64,000 bases of DNA from Schizochytrium sp. TIO01 (taxonomy: Eukaryota > Protista > Bigyra: Labyrinthulomycetes): positions 8,786,761-8,850,760 of the forward strand of contig SMSO01000031.1 in assembly GCA_004764695.1 (NCBI GenBank), written 5' to 3'. The position numbers and the translations under genes are program-made. The notes under the pieces are model-generated. The model had not been told where the DNA came from and did not search any database. It saw nothing but the letters and a program-made list of their open reading frames with translations. Positions 24,910 through 34,709 of this stretch are shown here, piece after piece (position 1 is the first letter of the stretch; each line of letters starts with the position of its first letter).

Positions 24910-25273
24910 CTTTAATTCTGGCGATGGATACCGCCTCGGTTTCAGGCTTGAGTCTATTCTGCGATCTCTATGAACGTGCGAAAAAGGAAAAAGTGAAAAA
25001 GCGACAATAGTGATAGCACTACAACTAATAATACTACTACCTAGAACGCTATCTAGAAGCGAAGATTTGCAACTCACAGTTGACGATACCTAGATGCTTC
25101 TCATGGCATAGCCAAAACCAAAGTACTTGGCTAGGTGCTATCGGCAGTCTTCTGGCATCTTGAAGTCGAAGAGACTTTAAGTGACACATCTCGAAGCGGT
25201 TAGTGTTTCCTGTGCAACTCAGAAAAGTGGTTTGGCCTCTCTGACTTGAGGATTATTGCTGAGGCCAGGCAAT

Positions 25274-26623
25274 ATGGAGACGAAGCTGACCCCTTTGTGG
25301 GCTGTCCTGGGTGTTCTTAGCGTGCTTGCAACAAGTGTAGAAGCAGCTGGAAAGCAAGACCTTGGCTTGAGAATTAATTTTGGCAGCTGTAATAACGCCA
25401 ACCTTTCTCAGCCGCTGTGGCCTCAGATTATTGAACGCAAGCCTGATGCGTGGATCTGGGGCGGAGATAACATTTATGCAGATTGGCGTCCTCGCAAGCC
25501 TCAGGAGTGGTATCGTGTGTGGGAAGAGGATAGCAACCGAGTTCTTGAGGCACTCCCGTTACCACCATGGTACGGTGCATCGCCTGAAAAACTCAGGTTT
25601 CTGTACCAGAAACAGCTCAACATACCAAGTTACAAGCAATTTCTCGATGCGGTAGGTCGCGAAAACGTGTATGGCCTCTGGGATGATCACGATTTTGGGA
25701 TTAATGATGGTGGCAAAGAATATGAGTTTCGAAAGGAGTCCCAGGCTGAATTTCTCAAATTCATGGGTGTCCCGAAAGATGACCCTCGCTGGTCTCGAGA
25801 AGGCGTATACACAAGCACTCTTCTTGCCAATGGTCGTGTCAAGCTTTTCTTGCTAGATAACCGCTACCATCGCGACCCTTACTCAGATACTGGTGATATG
25901 CTTGGAGAGGAGCAGTGGAAGTGGCTAGAAAAGGAGCTTGCTGAGACAAATGCAGACTTCAACATTATTATGAACGGCATCCAAATCTTGCCCCGGATGT
26001 TCCTGCGAAGCTCGAGAGGCGAGAATTGGGAGCGGATGCCAAAGAGCCGTGCTCGTCTCATGAAAACCTTACAATCTTCCGAGGCGCGCGGGGTCTTCTT
26101 CTTAAGTGGCGACGTGCATATGGCTGAGTTGTTGAGTGCAAATTTTACTTGCGAGAATGGAAATAAGTTTGTTCTACCAGAGCTTACCAGCTCTGGGATG
26201 ACTCATTCCTGGAAGACATACCCCGCTCCGATGACATGGGCTATGAAATGTGCTCATCGCATATTGCCCTGGCAGGAAACTATGGAGTTTTACCTAGATC
26301 TCAACTTTGGTGAACTTGACTTTGATAAGGATTTCACAAAGGTAACCATGCGGATCTATAATGCTAACAGTTCAGTTCAGATCGAAAAGACATGGCACGT
26401 GGATCAGCTCAAGCCTCAAACGAGTTTTCAGTCATGTCAAGAAGTGGGGTTTAGAGGACCTGCTCCATCGCTCACTGTTCAATGGCTATATGTAGGATTG
26501 TGGTTCGTAACGACGCTTTTACCGTGGCTCTCCGCACTTTCGCTGGTTGGTTTGGCTTTATCAATGCTCTATCAAACCTTCACGAGATCATCTGCTCCTG
26601 TTGCCAAGGAGAAGGAGAACTAA
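25274..26623 (+). CDS. PhoD-like alkaline phosphatase/phosphodiesterase with signal peptide and C-terminal membrane anchor
   Basis: FGSCN, WGGDNIYAD, WDDHDFGINDGG, LLDNRYHRD, LGEEQWKWLE, LSGDVH, ELTSSGMTHS, NFGELDFD; hydrophobic N- and C-termini. Confidence 0.93.
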   Translation: METKLTPLWAVLGVLSVLATSVEAAGKQDLGLRINFGSCNNANLSQPLWPQIIERKPDAWIWGGDNIYADWRPRKPQEWYRVWEEDSNRVLEALPLPPWYGASPEKLRFLYQKQLNIPSYKQFLDAVGRENVYGLWDDHDFGINDGGKEYEFRKESQAEFLKFMGVPKDDPRWSREGVYTSTLLANGRVKLFLLDNRYHRDPYSDTGDMLGEEQWKWLEKELAETNADFNIIMNGIQILPRMFLRSSRGENWERMPKSRARLMKTLQSSEARGVFFLSGDVHMAELLSANFTCENGNKFVLPELTSSGMTHSWKTYPAPMTWAMKCAHRILPWQETMEFYLDLNFGELDFDKDFTKVTMRIYNANSSVQIEKTWHVDQLKPQTSFQSCQEVGFRGPAPSLTVQWLYVGLWFVTTLLPWLSALSLVGLALSMLYQTFTRSSAPVAKEKEN

Positions 26624-27049
26624 AGCCAAAAGAGGGATGACATCAACGACGCGATGCGTGGCGTTGCCTTTTCCAATTCTGCTGTCTCTCTTCAAAATCC
26701 TTTTATGTCTGTTTTAAAAATATATAATAACCAGCCGCTGATTCCTTATTGAATCCTATCTTTGAGAGCTCTATAGTATTGTTGTTTGAGCGACGCTACG
26801 TTCTTCACCAGTCCAAATAGTTTTATATATAAATACATGAAAAGTGTTGTTTACCAAAAGCAATATGCATAATATATATGTTTTTATTATCTAATTAGTT
26901 TTGCAGCTTCCTTAAAACAGCTCGCTGCTAAAATTTTCTTGTGTTTTGTTCACGGATCCGACTTGAGTTGGGATTACAGACCTCCTCTAAGATGTAAAGC
27001 AAATGAATCTCAGCTTATACTGAACATGTTTAAACAAGATACAAAAGTT

Positions 27050-28495
27050 TCATAACTTGGCAATATGATCAATTCGGATGTCAGCAAGAGTTGCACACCC
27101 GGTCAACTTCATGACTGTCACAAGCTCTTGATTCAGGACATCCAAAACCTTGTCTACACCCTTGGACCCATTGTAGGCAAGCCCCCACAGGGCAGGGCGT
27201 CCAACAAAGACGCCCGAACAGCCCATAGCGAGGGCTCGAAACACGTCTTTCCCACGGCGAATCCCACCATCTACCCAGACAGGCAAGCTTGGATATTGAG
27301 CTCGCAGTGTTGGAAGGATTTCATAAGCAGCTGTTGCAGTAGCAAGTGCGGCATCGAGCTGTCGACCACCATGATTACTTAGCACCAAGCCATCGATGCC
27401 AAGTTTTGCTGCGTGCATAGCATCTCCCAGCGCGAGAATGCCCTTGAGCACAAGTCCAAGTTTGTGCGCGTGGCAAGTTTTGATAAGTTGGGCCACATCA
27501 TCCCAATCGAGCGCAGCAGAATGTCCAGGGTGGGGGCCTAAGCCGGTGATAGCTTCCAGGGCACGAAGTTTGGGCATCCCACCCCGCTCGGCATGTAACT
27601 GTGCGACCCATTGCGGGTTTCGGTAGGTTTTCTCACGGTTTCCATACGTTGCAGAGTCCACTGTCAAAACTATCGCTTGGATTGCCTTAACATTTTCTGC
27701 AATATGCGAAATTATCTGGTTAAGGTACCCGTGATTGACACTTGGGTCTTCTGAACTGTGGACAGGAGCATAAAGTTGAAGAAACCGCGGTGAATTTCTC
27801 GCTAGTTGCTCAACGGGTATTGAGGCATAATGTGGAATAACGTATAAAGCATTGTGCATTGTGGCTCCTTCTGATACAGCACGTTCGGCATGTTCTGGGT
27901 TTACAATAGCAGCCCCTGCAAATGGTGCAATCGCAATCGGGGTTGAGGCGTTCACATGTATATATCTTTCATTGATTGACATGGCGATTGAGCATTGACT
28001 AACATTTCGAAGGACGCGAGGTCTCAACGCAAAACTCGACCACGCCGCACGATTATTGCGCAAACTTTCCTCATCTTCTGCGCCAAGGTCTACATAGTCC
28101 TGAACTGCTGAGGGCATGTTCTTTATTGCTTGTTCGTGTACATTTTCCACAGAGAGTATGAGCTCTTGGAAGGAACTTTGACCAGACTGGGCTGCTGCAG
28201 CGAGGTGTTCTTGCATGCTAGCTCCAGGTTTCGAGTCTTGTACATTTGACGAGGCCGATGGTTTCTTCACCTGCCCTACAATCAGATGCTGATAATCTTG
28301 GAGGACCTTGGCGTTGTGCACTGAAGAGAACGCTTCTGAGGCATCACGCCCTGCCCAGTCTAGAAGCAGATTGGCTCCTCCGGGATGGACATCAAGGAAT
28401 CTGCTCACGTCGTAGACTTTGTTGTCAATCACTACCACTACACCTGCACTGCGACGGTCTTTGCTTGAGACCTCGTCCCATGCCCACTCACGCAT
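27050..28495 (-). CDS. Cytochrome b5-domain FMN-dependent alpha-hydroxy acid dehydrogenase (flavocytochrome b2-like)
   Basis: VYDVSRFLDVHPGG...AGRDAS heme domain; LRPRVLRNVS, LTVD, VLKGI, LSNHGGRQLD, DGGIRRGKDVFRALAMG, GRPALWGLA. Ends in AKL. Confidence 0.93.
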   Translation of the reverse strand: MREWAWDEVSSKDRRSAGVVVVIDNKVYDVSRFLDVHPGGANLLLDWAGRDASEAFSSVHNAKVLQDYQHLIVGQVKKPSASSNVQDSKPGASMQEHLAAAAQSGQSSFQELILSVENVHEQAIKNMPSAVQDYVDLGAEDEESLRNNRAAWSSFALRPRVLRNVSQCSIAMSINERYIHVNASTPIAIAPFAGAAIVNPEHAERAVSEGATMHNALYVIPHYASIPVEQLARNSPRFLQLYAPVHSSEDPSVNHGYLNQIISHIAENVKAIQAIVLTVDSATYGNREKTYRNPQWVAQLHAERGGMPKLRALEAITGLGPHPGHSAALDWDDVAQLIKTCHAHKLGLVLKGILALGDAMHAAKLGIDGLVLSNHGGRQLDAALATATAAYEILPTLRAQYPSLPVWVDGGIRRGKDVFRALAMGCSGVFVGRPALWGLAYNGSKGVDKVLDVLNQELVTVMKLTGCATLADIRIDHIAKL

Positions 28496-31119
28496 TGCAG
28501 CAGAGCCTCGGCACGTCAGTACCTCCGGTAAAAGGAATCGTTAAATACTTTATAGCAGCAGAGTTTGCAAGAGCTAAGTGATTGATTGTTGTGTGTTTTA
28601 TTGCACTTTATCAATCTAGGACCAAGAACACTTAGAAAGAAATTCGATAAGAAAGGTTTCTTTGGAAAGGTCGCACTCGTGAAAGTTTCCCTTCAAGGGT
28701 CTTTTGACCGTGATGCGGTGGCAAGTGCCACAACGGTGCCATGTGTGAGGAGTGCGTGCGAACGAAAGTTATGATCGCTTGCATTCTTTTCAGTGGCGAG
28801 GTCAAAACAGCACTTTCGACAATCGTGTGTGTACAATGTTGGTACCTGGCGCGTATATGATGACTCACTCTTAAACTAGGAGTAAGATCAAACGACAAAT
28901 TCAAGATGCAAACTCGGCATGCTTTACTAAAGCAAAGCGGGGAGTTATCCAAGTGCGTGCATCCAGGCTAAATCAGGGTCGCTTTGGCGTACAATCGCAC
29001 CATGCTTCTGCAGCACTTCTTTGGGATCACCTTTGACGGGTGCGTACGCTCGTGCACCCCAGCAATGGTTTTGCTCAGTTCATGCCAGATCAACTCAGCC
29101 TTGAGCTCTGGTCTGGGTTTGCTTCGCTTCGCATGTATCTATGTCTAAAACCTCATAACTCATTCGTACAGACAGACCTCGCTCGACCCATGCCATTCTC
29201 AATCAAGAACTCCTCGAATCTCCAGCTGCTGTCGTCTCCTCCATCCGCCTCGATTCACATCTGCCGCCATTCACCGCATCCGCATCAAAGGAGTATGTTT
29301 ACAAATGTAATGCCCTCCTGAACAACCCAAATCGATGCCGCCAGAATCTAAAGCCATCGCTGCATTTCTCAACGACAAACCTGAAGAAAGCTCAGTCCCA
29401 CCCACGTCGTCTCAAGTCCTATCCTTCGACGCCTTTTGTATCTTCGCGCCATCGACAGAACAGATATTCTTTTGTATTCCATGGCATGAGACAGCAAAGC
29501 CGTTCAACACAACGGTGGTGGAGTCTCTGGCCATGCCGACCATCGCCAATGATAGCCTCGAATACCCAGAGGAAATGCATTCGATTTAACGCCAATGCCA
29601 TCGTCATCGCACACGAAGACGTCTTCAGTTCGCCGAGCTGGTGCTCGTGATCGTCGTTCATCATGATCATGATCAGCGCCATCAGAGTGATTCATCTTCA
29701 CTCGAAGATGTGATATCATATGATATGATATGTATGACATCACATCACATCATATGATATCAAATGATATTCTCGCAAGGTACCTAGATCTGCGGCTTTC
29801 TCAGACCCTCCCCCCGCAGTTAGCGTTTCCCCCTCTGGCGCCACTCCCTCCCAGACACCTCGCAGTGAAGCCACGTCAGCACGTAGCGACGAATTTGCAA
29901 CACCCCACCACACAGCTGCCTCAAACCCCCCACAGCGGTCAACCGAATGTAAGCGTGGTTTATCGATCATCGCTCAGGATCGGAAGTACGCGGTCCCAAA
30001 GTCCGATGGCAATGCCACTTCAAAGCTCATTCATTGCAAAGCCGAAGGAAGTAATGAGTTTTGGAGGAACTTGAGCTTATTTGGGCGAAGATTGAAGCAT
30101 CAATCATCGTCGTCACTGTTTTCTCCTCGTTTTCCAAACTTTTCTTGAAAGTTTCCACTTTCCCTGTCAATTGGTCCAGTCCTAACACCCGTCTAGGGGA
30201 TACAATAGGAGCCGAGTGCATGGGTCGCAACAGAAAAGCGAAAGGAAGAGATGAAAGAAATGAAAGAAAAGGTGAAATGAAGGCAGAAATACTTTACTTC
30301 CGCCATGTAGAAAACGCGGATAAGCGCACTCGAGGCCAAAGCACTTCTCAGGACATGAAAGATAATGCACGTCTGAATAGAATCCACTCCTCCGCTGCAG
30401 CAGAAAGGCCCTGAGGCGAATAAGGCACAGCTTTCCCTAAGTTCGTGGCCAGAAAGGGTAAAAACGAGAAAGTCCTTTTCTTTTGCCTTTTCTTTATTAG
30501 AGTATATGAGTGAGAGGTGGTTTTTTATTATTATAGTCATACTGAGTACTTAGGTGTTATGTAATGTGGAAAGAATTTACTTCAACGTGAGCAGGCTCTG
30601 ACTTGAGCAGACCACCTTCGACCTCACGACGCAAACCGGATTAGAGCTCGCCAACGCTGAGAGCCTTTGTCGCGGTTCGTGCTGTTGCTGCTAGAGACGA
30701 CAGGGCTGTTCTAAATACACGGTACGTTTCTTTGCTGGGCTCTTGAGCTTCTACAGGCAGTCCCAAGACCTCGTCGAGCTGAATGAAGCCTTGAGCCTGC
30801 GTCCTAGACAAGACGAACGACGAGGAATCTGAGGGTGACAACCTCGAGGGTTGACGACAATGCTGCTGTTACTACTTGATAGACTTGTATGCGCGAGTAT
30901 GGACTGCTAAGATACGAGAAAGCAAACTGTAAAGATATTCGTGGACCCCAGGAAGATCGAGTTGATCATGTGAGGAGATGAGACTGACTTTAGGATTGAA
31001 AATGGCACATGCGGTCTTTGGAATGGATATCTGGTGACCTTGGCGATGACTGATACTCACCACGCTTCTAGAGTACTGTGATCTTGAATTTTTGGTTGAT
31101 TTTTTTTCCCTTAATAAAG

Positions 31120-31974
31120 ATGGAGCGTCAACAGCCGGATTTTGTTGCTCGCGTCATTGGCGCAGCAACCCAGGGCGCCGCCGGTGCCGTCGTGGGTGCA
31201 GTGCTCTCTGCCACCACTGAGCCTGTAGTAAACCGTGTGTTGGTCAAGCGCCAGACCCTGAAGGAAGCGCTTGCCGAGGTGGATCTTGAGACCGTGCAAA
31301 AGTTCTTCTCCACGGTTGTGGCTGCCAACTTTATTAAGTTCCCCTTCTTTGAGGTCGTCAACATCCTTGTTGGCGATCTCGACCTACCAGACACCGCCAA
31401 GGGTGCGGTCCTTGGTGCCGTTTTCACTACCGCCACGCTGCCTATTGGTAACTACCGGTTCTGTAAGTCTATGGGCATGCCTGTGGACGTGAGTTCGCTC
31501 TACAAGGCATACTTGCCTACCGTGGCTCGCGACGTTGTCTATGGTGTTGTTCGCCAGACTGTTGGCACATTCTTGGCCCAGAACTACCCGGGTCTCTTCA
31601 AGTCCGTTGGTGGACGTTTCATTGCCACCTTCATTACCGTTCTTGCAGCATGTGTCATTTCTGCTCCGGGCAATGAGGTCCGTGGCTACTACCTCCAGCC
31701 GGAGGACCGTCGTCTCCCTGTAAAGGAGTTCTTCAAGCCGGATCGCTTTATTCGCAGCACCACCATCGGTGGCCTTATCATGTCATCTGCCCTTGGCGTA
31801 GGCTCATTGGTTGTTGGCCCTGCCACCGTGCAGTTCAACGCCTTCAAGGCTCTTCTTGACGCCAATCCGGTTGCCAAAGTTATGGTTGGCATCTTCGTTG
31901 CACAGCAGTACCTCGCTGCCAAGCGCCACGCTGATCTTCTCGACAAGCTCGACAACACCAAGAAGTCGGCTTAA
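31120..31974 (+). CDS. Divergent mitochondrial carrier family (SLC25-fold) membrane protein
   Basis: About 284 aa with three Pro-kinked hydrophobic repeats (EPVVNRVLVKR, LPIGNYRFCK, APGNEVRGYY) and LYKAYLPTVARDVVYG resembling carrier helix 4. Strong C/T-ending codon bias. Confidence 0.65.
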   Translation: MERQQPDFVARVIGAATQGAAGAVVGAVLSATTEPVVNRVLVKRQTLKEALAEVDLETVQKFFSTVVAANFIKFPFFEVVNILVGDLDLPDTAKGAVLGAVFTTATLPIGNYRFCKSMGMPVDVSSLYKAYLPTVARDVVYGVVRQTVGTFLAQNYPGLFKSVGGRFIATFITVLAACVISAPGNEVRGYYLQPEDRRLPVKEFFKPDRFIRSTTIGGLIMSSALGVGSLVVGPATVQFNAFKALLDANPVAKVMVGIFVAQQYLAAKRHADLLDKLDNTKKSA

Positions 31975-32343
31975 GATTTCCACTTCTGTACCGGCATTGC
32001 ACTCGTCAGCTACTCTCGTCCAAGTGTTTTCATCCATTCCATCGTCATTTCGTGGCGCTCGAGCGTGGCATATGTCTCATCTCAATTTAGTATTTTTCTT
32101 TTTTTTTTTCTTCTATTCTTGCAGCACGTTGCTCCAAGACTATTATGTAAAAGCTTCAGCGCGTATCTTGTTGATCTGGGAAATGGGACTTAAATAAAGG
32201 TCTTTCTATGAGAGAAAGTGGCCTTATGAGATTGCTTTGTTATCTACATATTATATATATCGGTACAATATATCATAATAGCCCTCTGAAAAGCCACACG
32301 ACATCAAAAAAGTATATAGCTTTTCTTCCATTCATCTGTCATC

Positions 32344-32642
32344 CACTGAGAGCAGTCCCATTCTGACCATTTCGCTAAGAGCAGTCTCATTCTGACTATT
32401 TAATTCACCACTTGTTTGCTTGTGCTCCATGTCCATTCCCCCCTCGTCCGCAGTCAGTAATAACATGTAGGAGTGTGTACTTTCTAATCAGTTCTCCCAT
32501 TTCTGACAATTTTCACTAAGAGCAGTCCATTCTGACCATTTTACGAAGAGCACTCCAATTCTGACCATTTGATTCGCAACTTGTATGCTTGTGCTCCATT
32601 TCCACCCTCCCCCTGGTCCACAGTCAGTAATAACATGTAGGG
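32344..32642. repeat. Higher-order minisatellite: about 29-nt unit (CACTAAGAGCAGTCCCATTCTGACCATTT-like) x5 inside an approximately 170-nt duplication
   Basis: Units start at about 32344, 32373, 32489 (partial), 32514 and 32543. A duplicated 70-nt block ending CAGTCAGTAATAACATGTAGG lies at about 32402 and 32571. Confidence 0.9.
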
Positions 32643-32940
32643 GCTAATCGGTACTTAAAGAGTTCATGGCGAATCCATCATCCACTTACTGAGTCCCATT
32701 TTCGTGAAGCAAACATAAGAGATATCGATCGACCCAGGGGGTACACGTATGAAGTTGAAGGTTTAGCAAACGCGAAACCTTGTAGCGATTGCAACCATAC
32801 AGTCTGCCTTGCGCAAGGTATAATCGAATTGTTCCTTCGAGAGTGTTTTCAAAACTTCAAAGTTCAATATCTACGCAACTTGCCAGTTTAGCAAGGAGTA
32901 AAGAAGCAAGGGAGCTCTAGCTTTGTGCCAAACAGAAAGA

Positions 32941-34185
32941 ATGAGTCGGCATTCTACCTGCCAGAAGAGTCACGTGTCTTGTATGTCTTATCCTCATACA
33001 CAACGGCGTGAGTCGCAAGTATTCAGAGATGTTGGAGTTGCTTGCGAACTGCGGCTCATTAGTATAGATGATGTAAAGGAGTTGTTCAAAATCGCAGTGC
33101 TTGTGCATTGCCATTTCGAAAACTCAAGCTATTGCCAACCAGACCACCTGGCTGAAGATGAATTCGTACGGGACCACAAGTATGACACAGGCTCAAACTA
33201 TGTGCCAGAGATTGTCTTTGTCAATGTTGTGGACTCGCGCTGGGAACGGGACGAGCTTACTGTCCGGGTGAATCGCCACACAGGTGTAATTTGGGCTACC
33301 TTGAAGAACATTCACGATATCAACGAAAGCTTGGAGCTTTTTTCATTTCCGTTCGACCGTCAGCTTTTTCGTGTAGCATTCAAGTCGCCAAATGCATCAT
33401 TGCATGCCTGGGATCAACCAGTAGATGTGCTAGACTTGCCACCAATTATGAAGGATGGCCAAGTTGTCATGGAGAATGACTCACGGTTTTTCGTGAGTTG
33501 CGAGCTAAATGCATGGCACATGGTTGACTTGCGTGTTGTTCTGGACCAGAGTGATCCAGACGCGGTTTCACTTACCGCATCGGAGTTCGAGCTCACCATT
33601 ATGGCTGAGCGAAACCCCCTATATTATCTCAACAATTATGTTTTAGTCCTGTTTGTCATTGTCATGCTCAATGTATGCAATATGGCTTTGAGCATTGTAG
33701 ACTCAGTAGGGGAACGTCTCGCAGCTTCTCTTACATTGCTCTTGGCAGGTGTAGCCTTTAAGTCTGTCCTTAGCGAAATGCTACCGCGAGTAGCATATAG
33801 TACTTGGGCTGACGCCTATGTGCGAGTCGCTTTTCTTACACTCTTTTTTGGCTCTATTGAGAGTTTTGTTGCCTCTCCACGTATCTGGTGTTTGTCTGAA
33901 TACTTTAGTGCTGGCGATCCCACGGCAGTTCTTTTGCGTGTTGACATCTGCATCGAAAAGAAGCAACTCGCTGCAACTCAATTTGATTTGATCTTCCAGC
34001 TTGTGTACGGTGTGTGGTGGATTCTTTGCAATTTGATAGCTGCAATAATTTGCCTTCATCCTACGTTAGTGCAGCAGACCTGGGACACTGTCCTTGAGAA
34101 CCAGATTGGTGACACTGAAGCTACGACGCGACGCGCGAATGAAGTAAAACTTATCATCGACCGGGATGACGTAATTAGTACATAA
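32941..34185 (+). CDS. Pentameric ligand-gated ion channel (Cys-less Pro-loop type)
   Basis: YVPEIVFVN, LFSFPFDRQ loop, ERNPLYY pre-M1, GERLAASLTLLLA M2, LPRVAYSTWADAY M2-M3 linker and four hydrophobic segments. Confidence 0.88.
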   Translation: MSRHSTCQKSHVSCMSYPHTQRRESQVFRDVGVACELRLISIDDVKELFKIAVLVHCHFENSSYCQPDHLAEDEFVRDHKYDTGSNYVPEIVFVNVVDSRWERDELTVRVNRHTGVIWATLKNIHDINESLELFSFPFDRQLFRVAFKSPNASLHAWDQPVDVLDLPPIMKDGQVVMENDSRFFVSCELNAWHMVDLRVVLDQSDPDAVSLTASEFELTIMAERNPLYYLNNYVLVLFVIVMLNVCNMALSIVDSVGERLAASLTLLLAGVAFKSVLSEMLPRVAYSTWADAYVRVAFLTLFFGSIESFVASPRIWCLSEYFSAGDPTAVLLRVDICIEKKQLAATQFDLIFQLVYGVWWILCNLIAAIICLHPTLVQQTWDTVLENQIGDTEATTRRANEVKLIIDRDDVIST

Positions 34186-34709
34186 CATTGGCAAGAAGAA
34201 ACATAATTATTTGGTCAACTTTTTCATTTGATTGTTTTTTGTTTTCGTTTGGCTGAGAGAGCGTGAAAGATTTATTTTTGCAATGAATGAATATTCAAAG
34301 AATGAAGAAGAAAAATTAATTTTCTTTGATAAGTAAGCAGAAATATTCAGTACAGACGTCGCTTTTGAGATGCAATTTGAAGAAGGTTTCAAAGTCACAA
34401 GTAATTTATGGCGAGTGAGCTGGAGAGGATACCTCTCGCGTAGTGTGGGACGCACGCTTTCCGCATTTGTGCTACATACAGGGGAAATAGAATGGGAAAG
34501 GGTCTACATCCGTGCAAATGAAGGTATCAGGAGATAGTTTGCTTACGCCACAACCAAAAGGTATTTCTAAAAAAGGGAGATTAAAAAAAGGGAGATATAC
34601 AAGCACTCACTCGATATTGCAATGGCTGGGCATACCATAGAACGTATGGAAAGGAAGCTAGCCATTGTCAATGCTTGATACAAAAGCAGCATCCTCGCCG
34701 TCAAATGCG

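Noticed and set aside
32344-32642. Possible CRISPR-like array (29-nt repeats)
   Set aside because: The units are directly adjacent or separated by a duplicated block rather than by unique spacers, there are no cas genes, and the context is eukaryotic.
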